A stretch of 64,000 bases of DNA. Source: an uncultured Clostridia bacterium (lineage in GTDB: Bacteria > Bacillota > Clostridia > Christensenellales > Borkfalkiaceae). Location of the stretch: positions 3,206 through 67,205 of the forward strand of contig CANQOY010000005.1 of the NCBI GenBank assembly GCA_947625605.1. The letters are read 5' to 3'. This document shows positions 27,104 through 38,348 of the stretch, one piece after another (within the stretch, counting starts at the first letter, position 1; each line of letters starts with the position of its first letter). A program made the position numbers and the translations under genes. The notes under the pieces are model-generated. The model was not told the origin of the DNA, made no database searches, and saw only the letters and a list, made by a program, of their open reading frames with translations.

Positions 27104-29917
27104 CTATAACACCTTTCGGAGCCATTGGCCCGTGTACGAATTTTCGACGCGGGCGACCTCCTCGGGGGAGCCGGTCGCGACGATCTCGCCGCCGCCGTCG
27201 CCGCCCTCGGGGCCGAGGTCGATGAGGTGGTCGGCGATCTTCACCACGTCGAGATTGTGCTCGATGACGACCACCGTGTTCCCGCCCTCGCGCAGGCGGA
27301 GGAGGATCTTGACGAGCTTGTCCACGTCGTAGCTGTGCAGGCCGGTCGTGGGCTCGTCGAGAATGTAGAACGTCTTGCCCGTGGAGCGCTTGGCGAGCTC
27401 CGTGGCGAGCTTGACGCGCTGCGCCTCGCCGCCCGAGAGGGTCGTGGAGCTCTGGCCGAGCTTGATATACCCGAGCCCGACCTCGTTCAGGGTGGCGATC
27501 TTATTGTAGATGGAGAGGTGGTTTTTGAAAAATTCGCAGGCCTCCTCCACCGTCATGTCGAGCACGTCCGCAATGCTTTTGCCCTTGTAGCGGACTTCGA
27601 GCGTCTCGCGGTTGTAGCGCTTCCCCCCGCACACCTCGCAGGGGACGAACACGTCGGGCAAGAAGTGCATCTCGATCTTCATGATGCCGTCGCCCTGACA
27701 GTTCTCGCACCGTCCGCCCGCGACATTGAAGGAGAAGCGGCCCGATTTGAACCCCATCGCCTTCGCGTCTGCCGTGGCGGCGAACAGCTCGCGGATGGCG
27801 GAGAACACGCCCGTGTAGGTGGCGGGGTTGGAGCGGGGCGTCCGCCCGATGGGCGACTGGTCGATGGCGATCACCTTGTCGAAGTACTCGATCCCCTCGT
27901 GCGAATCGCTCTTGCCCGTGGGCAGGCGCGCTCCGTTGAGTTCGTTGGCGAGGATGGGGTATAAGATCTCGTTGACAAGGGAGGACTTCCCCGAGCCGCT
28001 CACCCCCGTGACGCAGGTCACGAGCCCGACGGGAATGGCGACGTCGATGCCTTTCAGATTGTTTTGGCGGCACCCATGTACGCGGAAGAACCTTCCGTCA
28101 GGCGCTTTGCGGACGGCGGGCACTTCGATCTTCCGCCGCCCCGCGAGGTAGTCTCCCGTGATGGAGCGGGGCTCGTTCATGATGTCCTCCAAGCTCCCGC
28201 AGGCGACGACCTCCCCGCCGTGCACGCCCGCCTTCGGGCCGATATCCACAATGTAGTCGGCCGCGCGCATGGTGTCTTCGTCGTGCTCGACGACGAGGAG
28301 CGTATTGCCCAAATCGCGCAGCCCTTTCAGGGAATTCAACAGCTTTTCGTTGTCCCGCTGGTGCAGCCCGATGGAGGGCTCATCGAGAATGTAGAGGACG
28401 CCCGTGAGGGCGGAGCCGATCTGCGTGGCGAGGCGGATGCGCTGGCTCTCCCCGCCCGAGAGCGTGGCCGCGTTGCGCGAGAGGGTGAGATAGTCGAGCC
28501 CCACTCCCACGAGGAAGTCGATCCTCGCGCGGATCTCTTTGAGGATGACGTCCGCAATGGCGTGCTGGGTGCGGGTGAGTTCGAGCTCCCCGAGGAAGCG
28601 GCGGAGCGCGACGACGGGCATCTCGCAGACCTCCGCGATGTTCTTCCCCCCTACCGTGACCGCGAGCGCCTCGCGTTTTAGGCGCTTTCCGTGGCAGTCG
28701 GGGCAGTCGCTCGTGCGCATGTACCGCTCGATGTCCCACTTTACGCTGATCGACGAGGTCTGCTCGTAGCGGCGCTGCAAATTGCAGACGAATCCCTCCC
28801 ATGCGGCCTGATAGGTGGAGTGCATCGTGCGGGTGCTGTACTCCATGCGGATCTTCTCGCCGCCGTTCCCGTACATGAGAAGATCGAAAGTCTCCTTGGG
28901 CAGATCCTTGACGGGAACGTCCAAAGAGAAGCCGTAGCGGCGGGAGAGCGCGGCGAGGTAGGTCTGCGTGACGGAGGACGAATCGAGATTCCAGCCGCTG
29001 ATGCGGATCGCGCCCTCGCGGAGGGTCTTGGTGCGGTCGGGGCAGATGAGGTCGGCATCCACCTTCTGGGTGAACCCGAGGCCCGAGCAGGTCGGGCATG
29101 CCCCCCAGACCGTGTTGAAGGAGAAGAGGCGGGGCTCGATCTCCTCGATGGAGATGCCGCAGTCCGGGCAGGCGTAGCGGGAGGAATAGAGCGTCTCCTC
29201 CCCACCCATGTCTATGATGACAAGCCCGTCTGCAAGTTTTAAGGCCGTTTCGAGCGACTCCGTGAGGCGCTTTAACACGCTCTCTTTCACGACGAGCCGA
29301 TCGATGACGACGGAGATATTGTGCTTGACGTTCTTTTCGAGGGAGATCTCCTCTTGGAGGTCGTACACGATGCCGTCGATCTTGACGCGCGCATATCCGC
29401 TCTTGCGGTATCCCGCGAGTTCCTTTTTGTACTCCCCTTTCTTGCCGCGGATGACGGGCGCGGTGACGAGGATCTTGCTCCCCTCGGGGAGCTCCATCAC
29501 CTTGTCCGCGATCTCGTCCACCGTCTGGCGGCGGATCTCCCTGCCGCAATTCGGGCAGTGCGGCGTGCCCGCGCGCGCGAAGAGGAGGCGGAGATAGTCA
29601 TAGATCTCCGTCACCGTCCCCACCGTGGAGCGCGGGTTGTGCGACGTCGTCTTTTGGTCGATGGAGATCGCGGGGGAGAGCCCATCGATGGACTCGACGT
29701 TGGGCTTTTCCATCATGCCGAGGAATTGCCTCGCGTACGAGGAAAGGCTCTCCATGTACCGCCTCTGCCCCTCGGCGAAGATGGTATCGAAGGCAAGGGT
29801 GGACTTCCCGCTGCCCGAGAGCCCCGTGAGCACGGTGAGCGAATTGCGCGGGATGTGCACGTCGATGTTTTTGAGGTTGTTCTCTTTCGCGCCTTTTACA
29901 TAGATCTCTTCTTTCAT
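27104..29917 (-). CDS. uvrA: excinuclease ABC subunit A
   Basis: Two ABC modules ([18 protein letters not shown]) and CxxC zinc modules. Start placed at [18 protein letters not shown] (29917) by family N-terminus. An alternative ATG lies at 29950. Confidence 0.93.
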   Translation of the reverse strand: MKEEIYVKGAKENNLKNIDVHIPRNSLTVLTGLSGSGKSTLAFDTIFAEGQRRYMESLSSYARQFLGMMEKPNVESIDGLSPAISIDQKTTSHNPRSTVGTVTEIYDYLRLLFARAGTPHCPNCGREIRRQTVDEIADKVMELPEGSKILVTAPVIRGKKGEYKKELAGYRKSGYARVKIDGIVYDLQEEISLEKNVKHNISVVIDRLVVKESVLKRLTESLETALKLADGLVIIDMGGEETLYSSRYACPDCGISIEEIEPRLFSFNTVWGACPTCSGLGFTQKVDADLICPDRTKTLREGAIRISGWNLDSSSVTQTYLAALSRRYGFSLDVPVKDLPKETFDLLMYGNGGEKIRMEYSTRTMHSTYQAAWEGFVCNLQRRYEQTSSISVKWDIERYMRTSDCPDCHGKRLKREALAVTVGGKNIAEVCEMPVVALRRFLGELELTRTQHAIADVILKEIRARIDFLVGVGLDYLTLSRNAATLSGGESQRIRLATQIGSALTGVLYILDEPSIGLHQRDNEKLLNSLKGLRDLGNTLLVVEHDEDTMRAADYIVDIGPKAGVHGGEVVACGSLEDIMNEPRSITGDYLAGRRKIEVPAVRKAPDGRFFRVHGCRQNNLKGIDVAIPVGLVTCVTGVSGSGKSSLVNEILYPILANELNGARLPTGKSDSHEGIEYFDKVIAIDQSPIGRTPRSNPATYTGVFSAIRELFAATADAKAMGFKSGRFSFNVAGGRCENCQGDGIMKIEMHFLPDVFVPCEVCGGKRYNRETLEVRYKGKSIADVLDMTVEEACEFFKNHLSIYNKIATLNEVGLGYIKLGQSSTTLSGGEAQRVKLATELAKRSTGKTFYILDEPTTGLHSYDVDKLVKILLRLREGGNTVVVIEHNLDVVKIADHLIDLGPEGGDGGGEIVATGSPEEVARVENSYTGQWLRKVL

Positions 29918-30007
29918 TTTGGGCCTGTATGACCGTCCTTTCTCGGACATGGTATGCTTGAATGATGTGATAATTGGATTTTTTTCTTCCCCAAAAGGGG
30001 AACGCGC

Positions 30008-30598
30008 TCAGCCGTTGAGGAGGGCGAGGATGTGCCGTACCGCCACGTCGATCTGCTTCCAATTCGCGCCGCCGTAGCGGATCTCGCGGGCGCGGGCGAC
30101 GTTGTGCCGGCCCACGGCGAGCACCGCGCGCACGCCCAGCTTCTGTGCCCCGAGGCAGGCGGTGAGATCGTCGTCCACGAGGATGGGGATCCCATGCTCG
30201 GCGCAGTATTTGCCCTTTTCCGCGAACGGGACGCGCGCGACGATCTCGTCGTAGGGGATGCGGCGCTTTTCCAGCCAATCGCGGGCGACCTTCTCGGGGT
30301 TGACGAACCACTCCTCCTCGCGCGAGGTGAGGATGACGACCTCATGCCCCTCCGCTCTCCATCCTTCCAACGTTTCCCGCGCCCACTTGCGGGCCTCGGC
30401 GTCCGTAAAGGCGGTGATCCCGCCCTCGCGGATGAATTCGAGGACGTCGCCGAGCTGCCAATCATATGTCTCGACAAACTTGTTCGTGTTCTCGTTGACG
30501 AGGCGGAAGGGCAGGTTTTTGCGGCGGATATACTCGCCGGCCCGCCCCACGCGGTCCACAATATTCAACGTGTCGTCGATATCCACAGCGATTTTCAT
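30008..30598 (-). CDS. HAD-superfamily 5'(3')-deoxyribonucleotidase-like hydrolase
   Basis: DxDxT motif at the N-terminus (MKIAVDIDDT), later ILVDDD. SD GAGGTG. Sits between uvrB and uvrA. Confidence 0.6.
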   Translation of the reverse strand: MKIAVDIDDTLNIVDRVGRAGEYIRRKNLPFRLVNENTNKFVETYDWQLGDVLEFIREGGITAFTDAEARKWARETLEGWRAEGHEVVILTSREEEWFVNPEKVARDWLEKRRIPYDEIVARVPFAEKGKYCAEHGIPILVDDDLTACLGAQKLGVRAVLAVGRHNVARAREIRYGGANWKQIDVAVRHILALLNG

Positions 30599-30645
30599 TC
30601 GTTTCACCTCGGTTGCATGCGGCGGGACGGGACCCCGCGGCACGG

Positions 30646-32607
30646 CTATTTTCTCATCCGCTTTCTCAGCTCGTTGATCGTCTCGCGGATCTCGATCGCC
30701 TTCTCGTAGTCGAGCGCGTTGGCGGCGACGCGCATGAGCGTTTTGAGCCGCTCGATCTCTTCCGGAATGTCTTTCACGGCGATCTCGGACGTCTTTTTCG
30801 CCTTGCCCGTGATGGCGAGCGTGGAGACGATCTCCTTGACGATGGTCTTGGGCACGATGCCGTGCGCCTCGTTATAGGCCTGCTGCTTCGCCCTCCTCCG
30901 CTCTGTCTCGCCGATGGCGCGCTGCATGCTGCCCGTCATGGTATCCGCGTACATGATGACCCTGCCCTCCGCGTTGCGCGCCGCGCGGCCGATGGTCTGC
31001 ACCAGCGCCGTCTCGCTGCGGAGGAAGCCCTCCTTGTCCGCGTCGAGGATGGCGACGAGCTTGACCTCGGGAAGATCGAGCCCCTCCCGCAGGAGATTGA
31101 TGCCGCAGAGGACGTCAAACTCCCCGCTCCTGAGGCCGTTGACGATGTCGATGCGTTCGAGGGTGTCGATGTCGGAGTGCATGTAGCGCACCTTGACGCC
31201 CGCCTCCTTCAAATAGTCCGTGAGGGACTCCGCCATGCGCTTGGTGAGCGTCGTGACGAGCACGCGTCCCCCACCCATGACCACGGTCTTAACCTCGGAA
31301 AGCAGGTCGTCGATCTGCCCTTTCGTCGGCTTTACCGTGACGGGGGGATCGAGCAGGCCCGTCGGGCGGATGAGCTGCTCGACGACGTTCCCCGCCTGTT
31401 CGAGCTCGTAGGGCGCGGGCGTCGCGGAGACGCAGATGAGCTGCGGGACGCGCTCGTCAAACTCCTCGAACGTGAGCGGGCGGTTGTCGTATGCGGACTG
31501 CATGCGGAAGCCGTACTCCACGAGGTTGACTTTCCGCGAGCGGTCGCCGTTGTACATGGCGCGGATCTGCGGGATGGTCATATGGCTCTCGTCGATAAAG
31601 ACGAGGAAGTTTTCGGGGAAATAGTCGAGGAGAGTGAAGGAGGGCTGCCCCGGGCTCCTGCCGTCGAAGTAGCGGGAGTAGTTCTCGATGCCCGAACAGT
31701 ACCCGATCTCGCGCATCATTTCGAGGTCGTGCTCCGTGCGCTGGCGGAGGCGCTGGGCTTCGAGCAGCTTGCCCGCCTGCTCAAACGCCTTGACCTCCCC
31801 ATCGAGGTCCTCCGCGATCATGGCGAGCGCCGCTTCGAGCTTCTCGCTGCCCACGGCATAGTGGCTCGCGGGGAACACGACGGCGTGCTTCAACGTGGAG
31901 ACGATCTTCCCCGTGACGACGTCCTCCTCGCAAATGCGGTCGATCTCGTCGCCGAAGAATTCCACCCGGAGCGCCACCTCGGAATTGGAGGCGGGAAAGA
32001 TCTCCACGACGTCGCCGCGCACGCGGAAGGTGGAGCGCTTGAAGTCCATATCGTTGCGGGAATATTGGATCTCCACGAGCCGCGCGAGCAGTTCGTTCCG
32101 CTCCATCTGCTGGCCGGGGCGCAGGGACACGCCGAGGCGGAAGAACTCCTCGGGGGCACCCAAGCCGTAGATACAGCTCACGGAAGAGACGACGATGACG
32201 TCGTCCCGCTCGCCGAGCGAGCATGTCGCGGCGTTGCGGAGCTTGTCGATCTCGTCGTTGACGGACATGTCCTTCTCGATATAGGTATCGGTGGAGGGGA
32301 TATAGCTCTCGGGCTGATAGTAGTCGTAATAGGAGACGAAGTACTCCACGCGGTTCTCGGGGAAGAACTCGCGGAACTCGTTGCAGAGCTGGGCGGCGAG
32401 CGTCTTGTTGTGCGCGATGACGAGGGCGGGGCGGCCGACATTTTTGATGATGTTCGCCATGGTGAACGTCTTGCCGCTCCCCGTCACGCCGACGAGCACC
32501 TGCGTGCGGATGCCGTCTAACACGCCCTCCGTCAGCTTCTGGATGGCCTCGGGCTGGTCCCCCGTGGGGGCAAAGGGCGCATGCAGTTTGAATTCGAAAT
32601 GCTCCAT
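30646..32607 (-). CDS. uvrB: excinuclease ABC subunit B
   Basis: GDQPEAI, Walker [14 protein letters not shown] box, C-terminal UVR motif ([18 protein letters not shown]). Confidence 0.97.
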   Translation of the reverse strand: MEHFEFKLHAPFAPTGDQPEAIQKLTEGVLDGIRTQVLVGVTGSGKTFTMANIIKNVGRPALVIAHNKTLAAQLCNEFREFFPENRVEYFVSYYDYYQPESYIPSTDTYIEKDMSVNDEIDKLRNAATCSLGERDDVIVVSSVSCIYGLGAPEEFFRLGVSLRPGQQMERNELLARLVEIQYSRNDMDFKRSTFRVRGDVVEIFPASNSEVALRVEFFGDEIDRICEEDVVTGKIVSTLKHAVVFPASHYAVGSEKLEAALAMIAEDLDGEVKAFEQAGKLLEAQRLRQRTEHDLEMMREIGYCSGIENYSRYFDGRSPGQPSFTLLDYFPENFLVFIDESHMTIPQIRAMYNGDRSRKVNLVEYGFRMQSAYDNRPLTFEEFDERVPQLICVSATPAPYELEQAGNVVEQLIRPTGLLDPPVTVKPTKGQIDDLLSEVKTVVMGGGRVLVTTLTKRMAESLTDYLKEAGVKVRYMHSDIDTLERIDIVNGLRSGEFDVLCGINLLREGLDLPEVKLVAILDADKEGFLRSETALVQTIGRAARNAEGRVIMYADTMTGSMQRAIGETERRRAKQQAYNEAHGIVPKTIVKEIVSTLAITGKAKKTSEIAVKDIPEEIERLKTLMRVAANALDYEKAIEIRETINELRKRMRK

Positions 32608-32641
32608 GGTAAATTGCGGCCCGCGCGCCCGCGCGCGGGAA

Positions 32642-33010
32642 TCAAGAGAGGATGAGTTTCAACAGCAGGCCGATCGTCGCGGAGAGGAGCCCGCACACGG
32701 CGGCAAAGAGCAGCTTCAATACGAGAGTGCGCCTGCGCTGGATATCCGAACGGCGGAAGGCGAGCCCCGCCTCCCGCATGTGGACGCAGTATGTTTTCTC
32801 GCCCTTGCGGTCGGAAAAAACGAGCTCGAAGTAGCCGTCAATTTCAAGAGAATGCAGGATGCGTTCGAGCTTTTCTTCGTCGAATTTGAATTTTTCGGGG
32901 AGGAGCGCGAGGATCTCGTAGGGATACGCCAGAAAGCGTTCCTTGCCCTGCGAGAGCGTAAAGACGGCACCCATGACCGCGTTCTCCCGTTTGGAAAGTC
33001 GCTCGTCCAT
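32642..33010 (-). CDS. small membrane-anchored protein (helical N-domain + C-terminal TM), paralogue pair member
   Basis: ATG 33010 lies 1 nt after the upstream stop. C-terminal [24 protein letters not shown]. Same architecture as 33012..33371. Confidence 0.5.
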   Translation of the reverse strand: MDERLSKRENAVMGAVFTLSQGKERFLAYPYEILALLPEKFKFDEEKLERILHSLEIDGYFELVFSDRKGEKTYCVHMREAGLAFRRSDIQRRRTLVLKLLFAAVCGLLSATIGLLLKLILS

Positions 33011-33011
33011 G

Positions 33012-33371
33012 CTACACCAGAAGGGATAGGAGCAGGACGGCCGCCCCCGACAGCGCGCCGCCGAGAAAGGCGCCGAGCGCGGCGTAGAGCAAGCTCTCGC
33101 GGTTGCGCTTCTTCGCGTCGAGCCGTTCGCGCTCTACCCGTTCCGCATAGCTTCTCCCCGCGGGGAGAAGGCGGAGGCAAAATGCGCCGCCCTCAGCGTA
33201 GCGGACGTCGATGAGCCGCTTTTCTTCGAGCAGCGCAAGAGAGCGTGTGAGTTCTTCCCCCGTGAGGGGAAGGCGGGGAGCCAGCTCCCCCTCCTCCACA
33301 ATTTTATAGCCGCCGCCCACAATGAGCGCGCTCAGCGCGGAGAGCAGCTGCGCAGATGCTTCGTCCAACAT
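33012..33371 (-). CDS. small membrane-anchored protein (helical N-domain + C-terminal TM), paralogue pair member
   Basis: ATG start. C-terminal TM LLYAALGAFLGGALSGAAVLLLSLLV. Weak similarity to the neighbour (LEEKRLIDVRYAEGGAFCLRLLPAG vs [28 protein letters not shown]). Confidence 0.5.
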   Translation of the reverse strand: MLDEASAQLLSALSALIVGGGYKIVEEGELAPRLPLTGEELTRSLALLEEKRLIDVRYAEGGAFCLRLLPAGRSYAERVERERLDAKKRNRESLLYAALGAFLGGALSGAAVLLLSLLV

Positions 33372-33425
33372 ACCCTATGGAAAAAGTATGCGGGAATCAG
33401 CGCAAATTCATACCACCCGGCGCCG

Positions 33426-34478
33426 TCAAAGGAGTTTGAGGAAGGGATTCGCCGTATAGAGGATCCTCGTGAAGGACGAGGAGGTGATCCATGCCTCTAC
33501 CCGCCTTGCAATGTCGGCGATAGTGCGGAGGATCTCATCCGCCCCCTCCGCCGTGAGCTGCTCGGCAAGCGAGGTGCTTTCGAGATCGTGCGCCAGCCAC
33601 CACACCCCGACGTTCAGGGCGCAGAGGAAGAGGACCGCGACCGCGAAGAGGATGACGGCGAGCAGGAGCCCGTCCACAATCCCGAACCCGCGGATATAGC
33701 GGATGCGCCGCACGAGCTTGTGCAGGAAGAAGCAGAGCACGGTGAGGATGGTAAATACGATGGCGAAGAGGATGAAGCCCGCGATGCCGAAGCCCGCGCA
33801 GTTCGCCACGATGGGATCGGACTTCTTGAAGGCGCCCGCAAAGAGTTCGCCGAACGCACGGAAGAAGGGCACGCGCCAGAGGAGGAACACGGTCAGCACG
33901 ATCGTGCCGACGGCAAAGGCGAACATGAGGAGGATGATGAAGCCCCTCCCGAAGCCGACGCGGTACCCCACCTGCACGAGGCAGGCGAGCACGGCGATGA
34001 CGAAGAAGTCGAGCGCGTGCTTTCCAACGACCCCCCAGACGCCCGATTCAAAGACGGGCGAGAGCGATCCGCCGAGCGAGGGGATGCAGTTCTCGATCAG
34101 GGAGAGCGCAAGCCCGCCCGCCGCCAACAGGATGACCGCATAGCCCATGAGCGCCGTGAGCGCGCCGAGGATGCGGTCGATCGCCCGCCACGCCGTGTGC
34201 GCGGGACGGAGCTTCGCGTGCATCAGGTAGCGGAGGACCCCGCCGATGCCGAGGATCACCCCCGTCCCGCCCAAGAAGATCAGCGAGGCGAGCGCGAAGT
34301 GCGTGTCGGCATTCATGGTCTCGGGGAGCTTATCGCACAGCAGGACGAAGAGGAAGATGAGCGGGATCTGCCAGGGGATCCATCCCATCTGCGAAAATTT
34401 ACGGAACACACCATAGAGCAGGGATGCGACTCCGCAGACGCATGCGAGTACGATGATGATAATGGTGGTGGTTGTCAT
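33426..34478 (-). CDS. polytopic integral membrane protein, unknown function
   Basis: ATG 34478 with SD GGAGGG. About 8-10 hydrophobic segments. Confidence 0.6.
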   Translation of the reverse strand: MTTTTIIIIVLACVCGVASLLYGVFRKFSQMGWIPWQIPLIFLFVLLCDKLPETMNADTHFALASLIFLGGTGVILGIGGVLRYLMHAKLRPAHTAWRAIDRILGALTALMGYAVILLAAGGLALSLIENCIPSLGGSLSPVFESGVWGVVGKHALDFFVIAVLACLVQVGYRVGFGRGFIILLMFAFAVGTIVLTVFLLWRVPFFRAFGELFAGAFKKSDPIVANCAGFGIAGFILFAIVFTILTVLCFFLHKLVRRIRYIRGFGIVDGLLLAVILFAVAVLFLCALNVGVWWLAHDLESTSLAEQLTAEGADEILRTIADIARRVEAWITSSSFTRILYTANPFLKLL

Positions 34479-34539
34479 AGATTCCCTCCGATTTGATATT
34501 GGAAATGCTGCCGCGGACATGGTGCCCGCGCATGCGGTG

Positions 34540-36165
34540 TTACTTGTTGAAGTTGTCCTTCAAGGACACGATCTCCGAGAGGACGAGCTTCCCCCCTTCG
34601 GCGCACTTTTTGTAGTACCCCGTGCGCATGAGCTGGAAGGCCGTCCCGTCCTCCGCCTCGAAAAGCGCGGGCTCCGCCTTTGCGGAAAAGATGTGCTCGC
34701 TTTCGAGGTTGATCCGCTCCGAGAAGTCTTGCCCCGCGTAATCGGCGTCGCGGAGAAGGTGGTCGTACTGCCTGAGTTCCGCGTCCGCGCACGTCTCGGC
34801 GTTCACCCAATGGAGGACGCCTTTCGCCTTGATGCCGCTCGTATCCGCGCCGCTGCGGCTCTCGGGGAAGTAGGTGCACTTGACCTCGACGACCTCGCCG
34901 TTTGCATCCGTGACGGCCTCGTCCGCGCGCACGATGTAGGCGCTTTTGAGGCGGGCGCAGCCGCCGATTTTGAGGCGGTGATACTTCGGCGGGGGATCGA
35001 GGGAGAAGTCCGACCGTTCAATGAAGAGCGTCTTGCCGAATCTGATCTTCCGCGTTTTCGCCGAGGGATCGAGCTGGTTGATCTCGAAGTCCACCTCTTC
35101 CTCGCCCTCGTAGTTGGTGATCGTGAGTTTGATGGGATCGACCACGGCCATGGCGCGGGGAGCGCGCAGGTTGAGCCAGTCGCGCACGACGGCCTCGAAG
35201 TAGCCGATCTCACACTCCGAATTCGCCTTGGTAACGCCCGCGCGGGCGCAGAAGTCGAGAATGGCGCCGGCGGGGATCCCGCGGTTCCGAAGGCCTGCCA
35301 GCGTGGGCATCCTCGGATCGTCCCACCCGTGCACGGAGCCCTCCTCGACGAGCTTTTTGAGGTAGCGCTTGCTCATGACGAGGTTGGTGAGGTTGAGGCG
35401 CGCAAATTCGATCTGCCTCGGCTTGGGCGAGAACCCGAGCTCGACGCCCACCCAGTCGTAGAGCGGGCGGTGATCCTCAAATTCGAGGGTGCACAGAGAG
35501 TGCGTCACCCCTTGAAGATAGTCGCAGATCGGGTGCGCATAGTCGTACATGGGGTAGATGCACCACTTGTCCCCCGTGCGGTGATGGGTCTCGTGCAGGA
35601 TCCGGTAGATGACGGGATCGCGCAGGTTGATGTTGGGAGAGGCCATGTCGATCTTCGCCCGCAGGCACTTCTCGCCGTCGCGGTATTTGCCCGCCCGCAT
35701 CTCGCGGAAGAGGCGGAGGTTCTCCTCGGGCGTCCTGTTCCTGTAAGGGCTCTCGACGCCCGGCTCGGTGAGGGTGCCCCGCGTCTCGCGGATCTCGTCG
35801 GCGGAGAGGTCGCACACGAACGCCTTGCCCTCGCGGATGAGCCGCTCCGCATAGTCGTAGATGACGTCGAAGAAGTCGGAGGCATACACCTCTTTCTCCC
35901 ACTTGTACCCCAGCCACTCGATGTCGCGGCGGATGGCGTCCACAAACTCCGTCTTTTCCTTGGAGGGGTTGGTGTCGTCAAAGAAGAGGTTGCACGTTCC
36001 GCCGTATTTCAGGGCGGTGCCGAAGTTGACGTACATGCTCTTGGCATGCCCGATGTGAAGATACCCGTTGGGTTCGGGCGGGAAGCGCGTACGGATCGCG
36101 CTCACCTTCCCGCTCGCCAGATCTTCGTCGATGAATTGCTGAATGAAATTTTCCGCATCTGCCAT
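34540..36165 (-). CDS. glnS: glutamine--tRNA ligase
   Basis: HIGH region PEPNGYLHIGHAKS, KMSKS-type LVMSKR, 541 aa GlnRS-like layout. Confidence 0.95.
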   Translation of the reverse strand: MADAENFIQQFIDEDLASGKVSAIRTRFPPEPNGYLHIGHAKSMYVNFGTALKYGGTCNLFFDDTNPSKEKTEFVDAIRRDIEWLGYKWEKEVYASDFFDVIYDYAERLIREGKAFVCDLSADEIRETRGTLTEPGVESPYRNRTPEENLRLFREMRAGKYRDGEKCLRAKIDMASPNINLRDPVIYRILHETHHRTGDKWCIYPMYDYAHPICDYLQGVTHSLCTLEFEDHRPLYDWVGVELGFSPKPRQIEFARLNLTNLVMSKRYLKKLVEEGSVHGWDDPRMPTLAGLRNRGIPAGAILDFCARAGVTKANSECEIGYFEAVVRDWLNLRAPRAMAVVDPIKLTITNYEGEEEVDFEINQLDPSAKTRKIRFGKTLFIERSDFSLDPPPKYHRLKIGGCARLKSAYIVRADEAVTDANGEVVEVKCTYFPESRSGADTSGIKAKGVLHWVNAETCADAELRQYDHLLRDADYAGQDFSERINLESEHIFSAKAEPALFEAEDGTAFQLMRTGYYKKCAEGGKLVLSEIVSLKDNFNK

Positions 36166-36326
36166 GGTGAATACCCCGCAAGAGGCGCCGCCCGCCGCCC
36201 CCTGCGCGGGAGTTTGGGCAAAAAAAAGCGTCTTTTTATACTATACCGCATTGATTATAACATATTCTTTCGGAAAATGATACTTTTTCGAGGGTATTTT
36301 TTAGAAAATCTGTTATAATAGTATTT

Positions 36327-37163
36327 ATGGAGCAAGTTCTTTTACAATTTTTTGAAGGAATCCGCTCTCCGGCGCTCACCGTCGTGTTCGGGATCTTCTC
36401 CGCGCTGGGCGAAGGGCTGATCGTCGCGGGGGCGGTGATCCTCGTGTATTGGCTCGCGGGGCAGGCGGGAGAACAGATCCTCTTTACCCTGCTCTCCTCC
36501 GCGGCGGCGAACAGCCTCGTCAAGTGCGTCGTGCAGCGGCCCCGCCCCTATGCGGCGGGCGCCACGGAGCAGCTCCCCTCCTTCTTCGGGAAGGAATACG
36601 GGGACGCGCTCTCCTTCCCGAGCGGGCACACGCAGGCCTCCGCCTCCGCCCTGCTCGCGGGCGCGATGCGCGTCAGGCGCGCGTGGATGTGGATCCTCTC
36701 CCTCCTCCTCATCGCGCTCATCGCCTGTTCGCGCCTGTACTTCGGCGTTCACTGGCCGACCGACCTGTTGGGCGGCTTCCTCTTCGGCCTCGCATTTGCG
36801 CTTTTCTGGCAGCTCATCTTCGGACATGCCTACCGCCTACGCTTTCATTTCCTTGCGGGAATGGCCGTCGTGGCCGTCTCCGTCATGCTCTTTTTTCCCG
36901 AAGAGGACTTCGTGGAAACGGCGGCTCTGCTCGCGGGCGGCGCGGTGTTTCTCCCCCTCTGCTCCCTCCTCCGCTGCCCCCTGCCCGCACGGTTTGCGCG
37001 GCGGCTGTGGCGGATCCCCATCGGGCTTTTGTGCACGGGCACGGTGTTTGCGCTGTGCATGCTCCTCCCCGCGGGGCCCGCTTGTTCTTTCCTGAAACGC
37101 TTCCTCCTCATCGGCGCGGCGACGTTCCTCGCCAACCTCTTGTTCAAACTTTTCAAAATATAA
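36327..37163 (+). CDS. PAP2-family phosphatase
   Basis: Motifs VKCVVQRPRP, PSGH, SRLYFGVHWPTD. ATG lies 7 nt after extended -10 TGtTATAAT (36311-36319), a leaderless-type start. Confidence 0.8.
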   Translation: MEQVLLQFFEGIRSPALTVVFGIFSALGEGLIVAGAVILVYWLAGQAGEQILFTLLSSAAANSLVKCVVQRPRPYAAGATEQLPSFFGKEYGDALSFPSGHTQASASALLAGAMRVRRAWMWILSLLLIALIACSRLYFGVHWPTDLLGGFLFGLAFALFWQLIFGHAYRLRFHFLAGMAVVAVSVMLFFPEEDFVETAALLAGGAVFLPLCSLLRCPLPARFARRLWRIPIGLLCTGTVFALCMLLPAGPACSFLKRFLLIGAATFLANLLFKLFKI

Positions 37164-37182
37164 AATATAAAGGAGAATTGCC

Positions 37183-38214
37183 GTGAAAATCGCATTTTTC
37201 GACGCAAAAGAGTACGACATCCCCGCCTTCGAGCGCTTCGGCAAGGAGCGCGGGATCGCATTCAAATACTTCGACACCAAACTCAACGAGGACACCGTCG
37301 GGCTCGCCGCGGGATCGGACGGGGTCTGCGTCTTTGTCAACGACACGGTGAACGCCGCCGTCGTGGACAAGCTGTACGCCTGCGGGGTGCGCATCGTCGC
37401 GCTGCGGTGCGCGGGATACAACAATGTGGACCTCTCCGCCTGCTTCGGAAAACTGCACGTCGTGCATGTGCCCGCTTACTCCCCTTACGCGGTCGCCGAG
37501 CATACCATGGCCTTACTCCTGACCTCGATCAGGCGCATCCACAAGGCGTACAACCGCACGAAAGACTTCAACTTTTCCCTGAGCGGGCTCACGGGATTCG
37601 ACCTGCACGGCAAGACGGTCGGCGTCATCGGGACGGGCAGGATCGGGCGCGTCTTTATCGACATCTGCCGCGGCTTCGGCATGCGCGTCATCGCCTATGA
37701 CAAGTACCCCGCGGAGGGGATCGGCGCCGAGTATACGTCCCTCGACGAACTGTTCGCAAGGAGCGACATCATCTCCCTCCATTGCCCACTGACCGAGGAG
37801 ACGCACCACCTCATCGGCCGCGAGGCGCTGGGCAAGGTGAAGAAGGGCGTCGTCATCCTCAACACGTCGCGCGGCGCGCTCATCGACGCCGAGGCGCTCC
37901 TCGACGGCATCAAGCGGCGCATCGTGGGCGCGGCCTGCCTCGACGTCTATGAGGAGGAGTCCGACGTGTTCTTCCGCGACTTCTCGGGGCATATCGTGGA
38001 GGACGACGTGCTCGCGCGGCTCATCACCATGCCCAACGTCATCGTCACCTCCCATCAGGCCTTCCTCACGGAGGAGGCGCTCGGCAGCATCGCGGAGACG
38101 ACCGTGCAGAGCCTCGCCGCCTTTGCGGCGGACGAGCCTCTGGAACACGAACTCTGCTACGGGTGCGGGGAGACGGAGCGGTGCAGAAAGGCGCGCAAGG
38201 CGCGGTGCTTTTGA
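37183..38214 (+). CDS. D-isomer-specific 2-hydroxyacid (D-lactate) dehydrogenase
   Basis: NAD-binding GVIGTGRIGR. LdhA-like N-terminus MKIAFFD. GTG start 7 nt after AAGGAGA. Confidence 0.9.
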   Translation: MKIAFFDAKEYDIPAFERFGKERGIAFKYFDTKLNEDTVGLAAGSDGVCVFVNDTVNAAVVDKLYACGVRIVALRCAGYNNVDLSACFGKLHVVHVPAYSPYAVAEHTMALLLTSIRRIHKAYNRTKDFNFSLSGLTGFDLHGKTVGVIGTGRIGRVFIDICRGFGMRVIAYDKYPAEGIGAEYTSLDELFARSDIISLHCPLTEETHHLIGREALGKVKKGVVILNTSRGALIDAEALLDGIKRRIVGAACLDVYEEESDVFFRDFSGHIVEDDVLARLITMPNVIVTSHQAFLTEEALGSIAETTVQSLAAFAADEPLEHELCYGCGETERCRKARKARCF

Positions 38215-38348
38215 GGAATGCGGCATGCCGGGCGGGCGGATCCTCCGTCCGCCTTTCTCATGCCCTCTTTTTGCATAAAAAGTTTGGAATCGCTTGACGA
38301 TTCTCACACAATTCTATATAATAGACAAAAAACGTTTCGAGGCAAACT

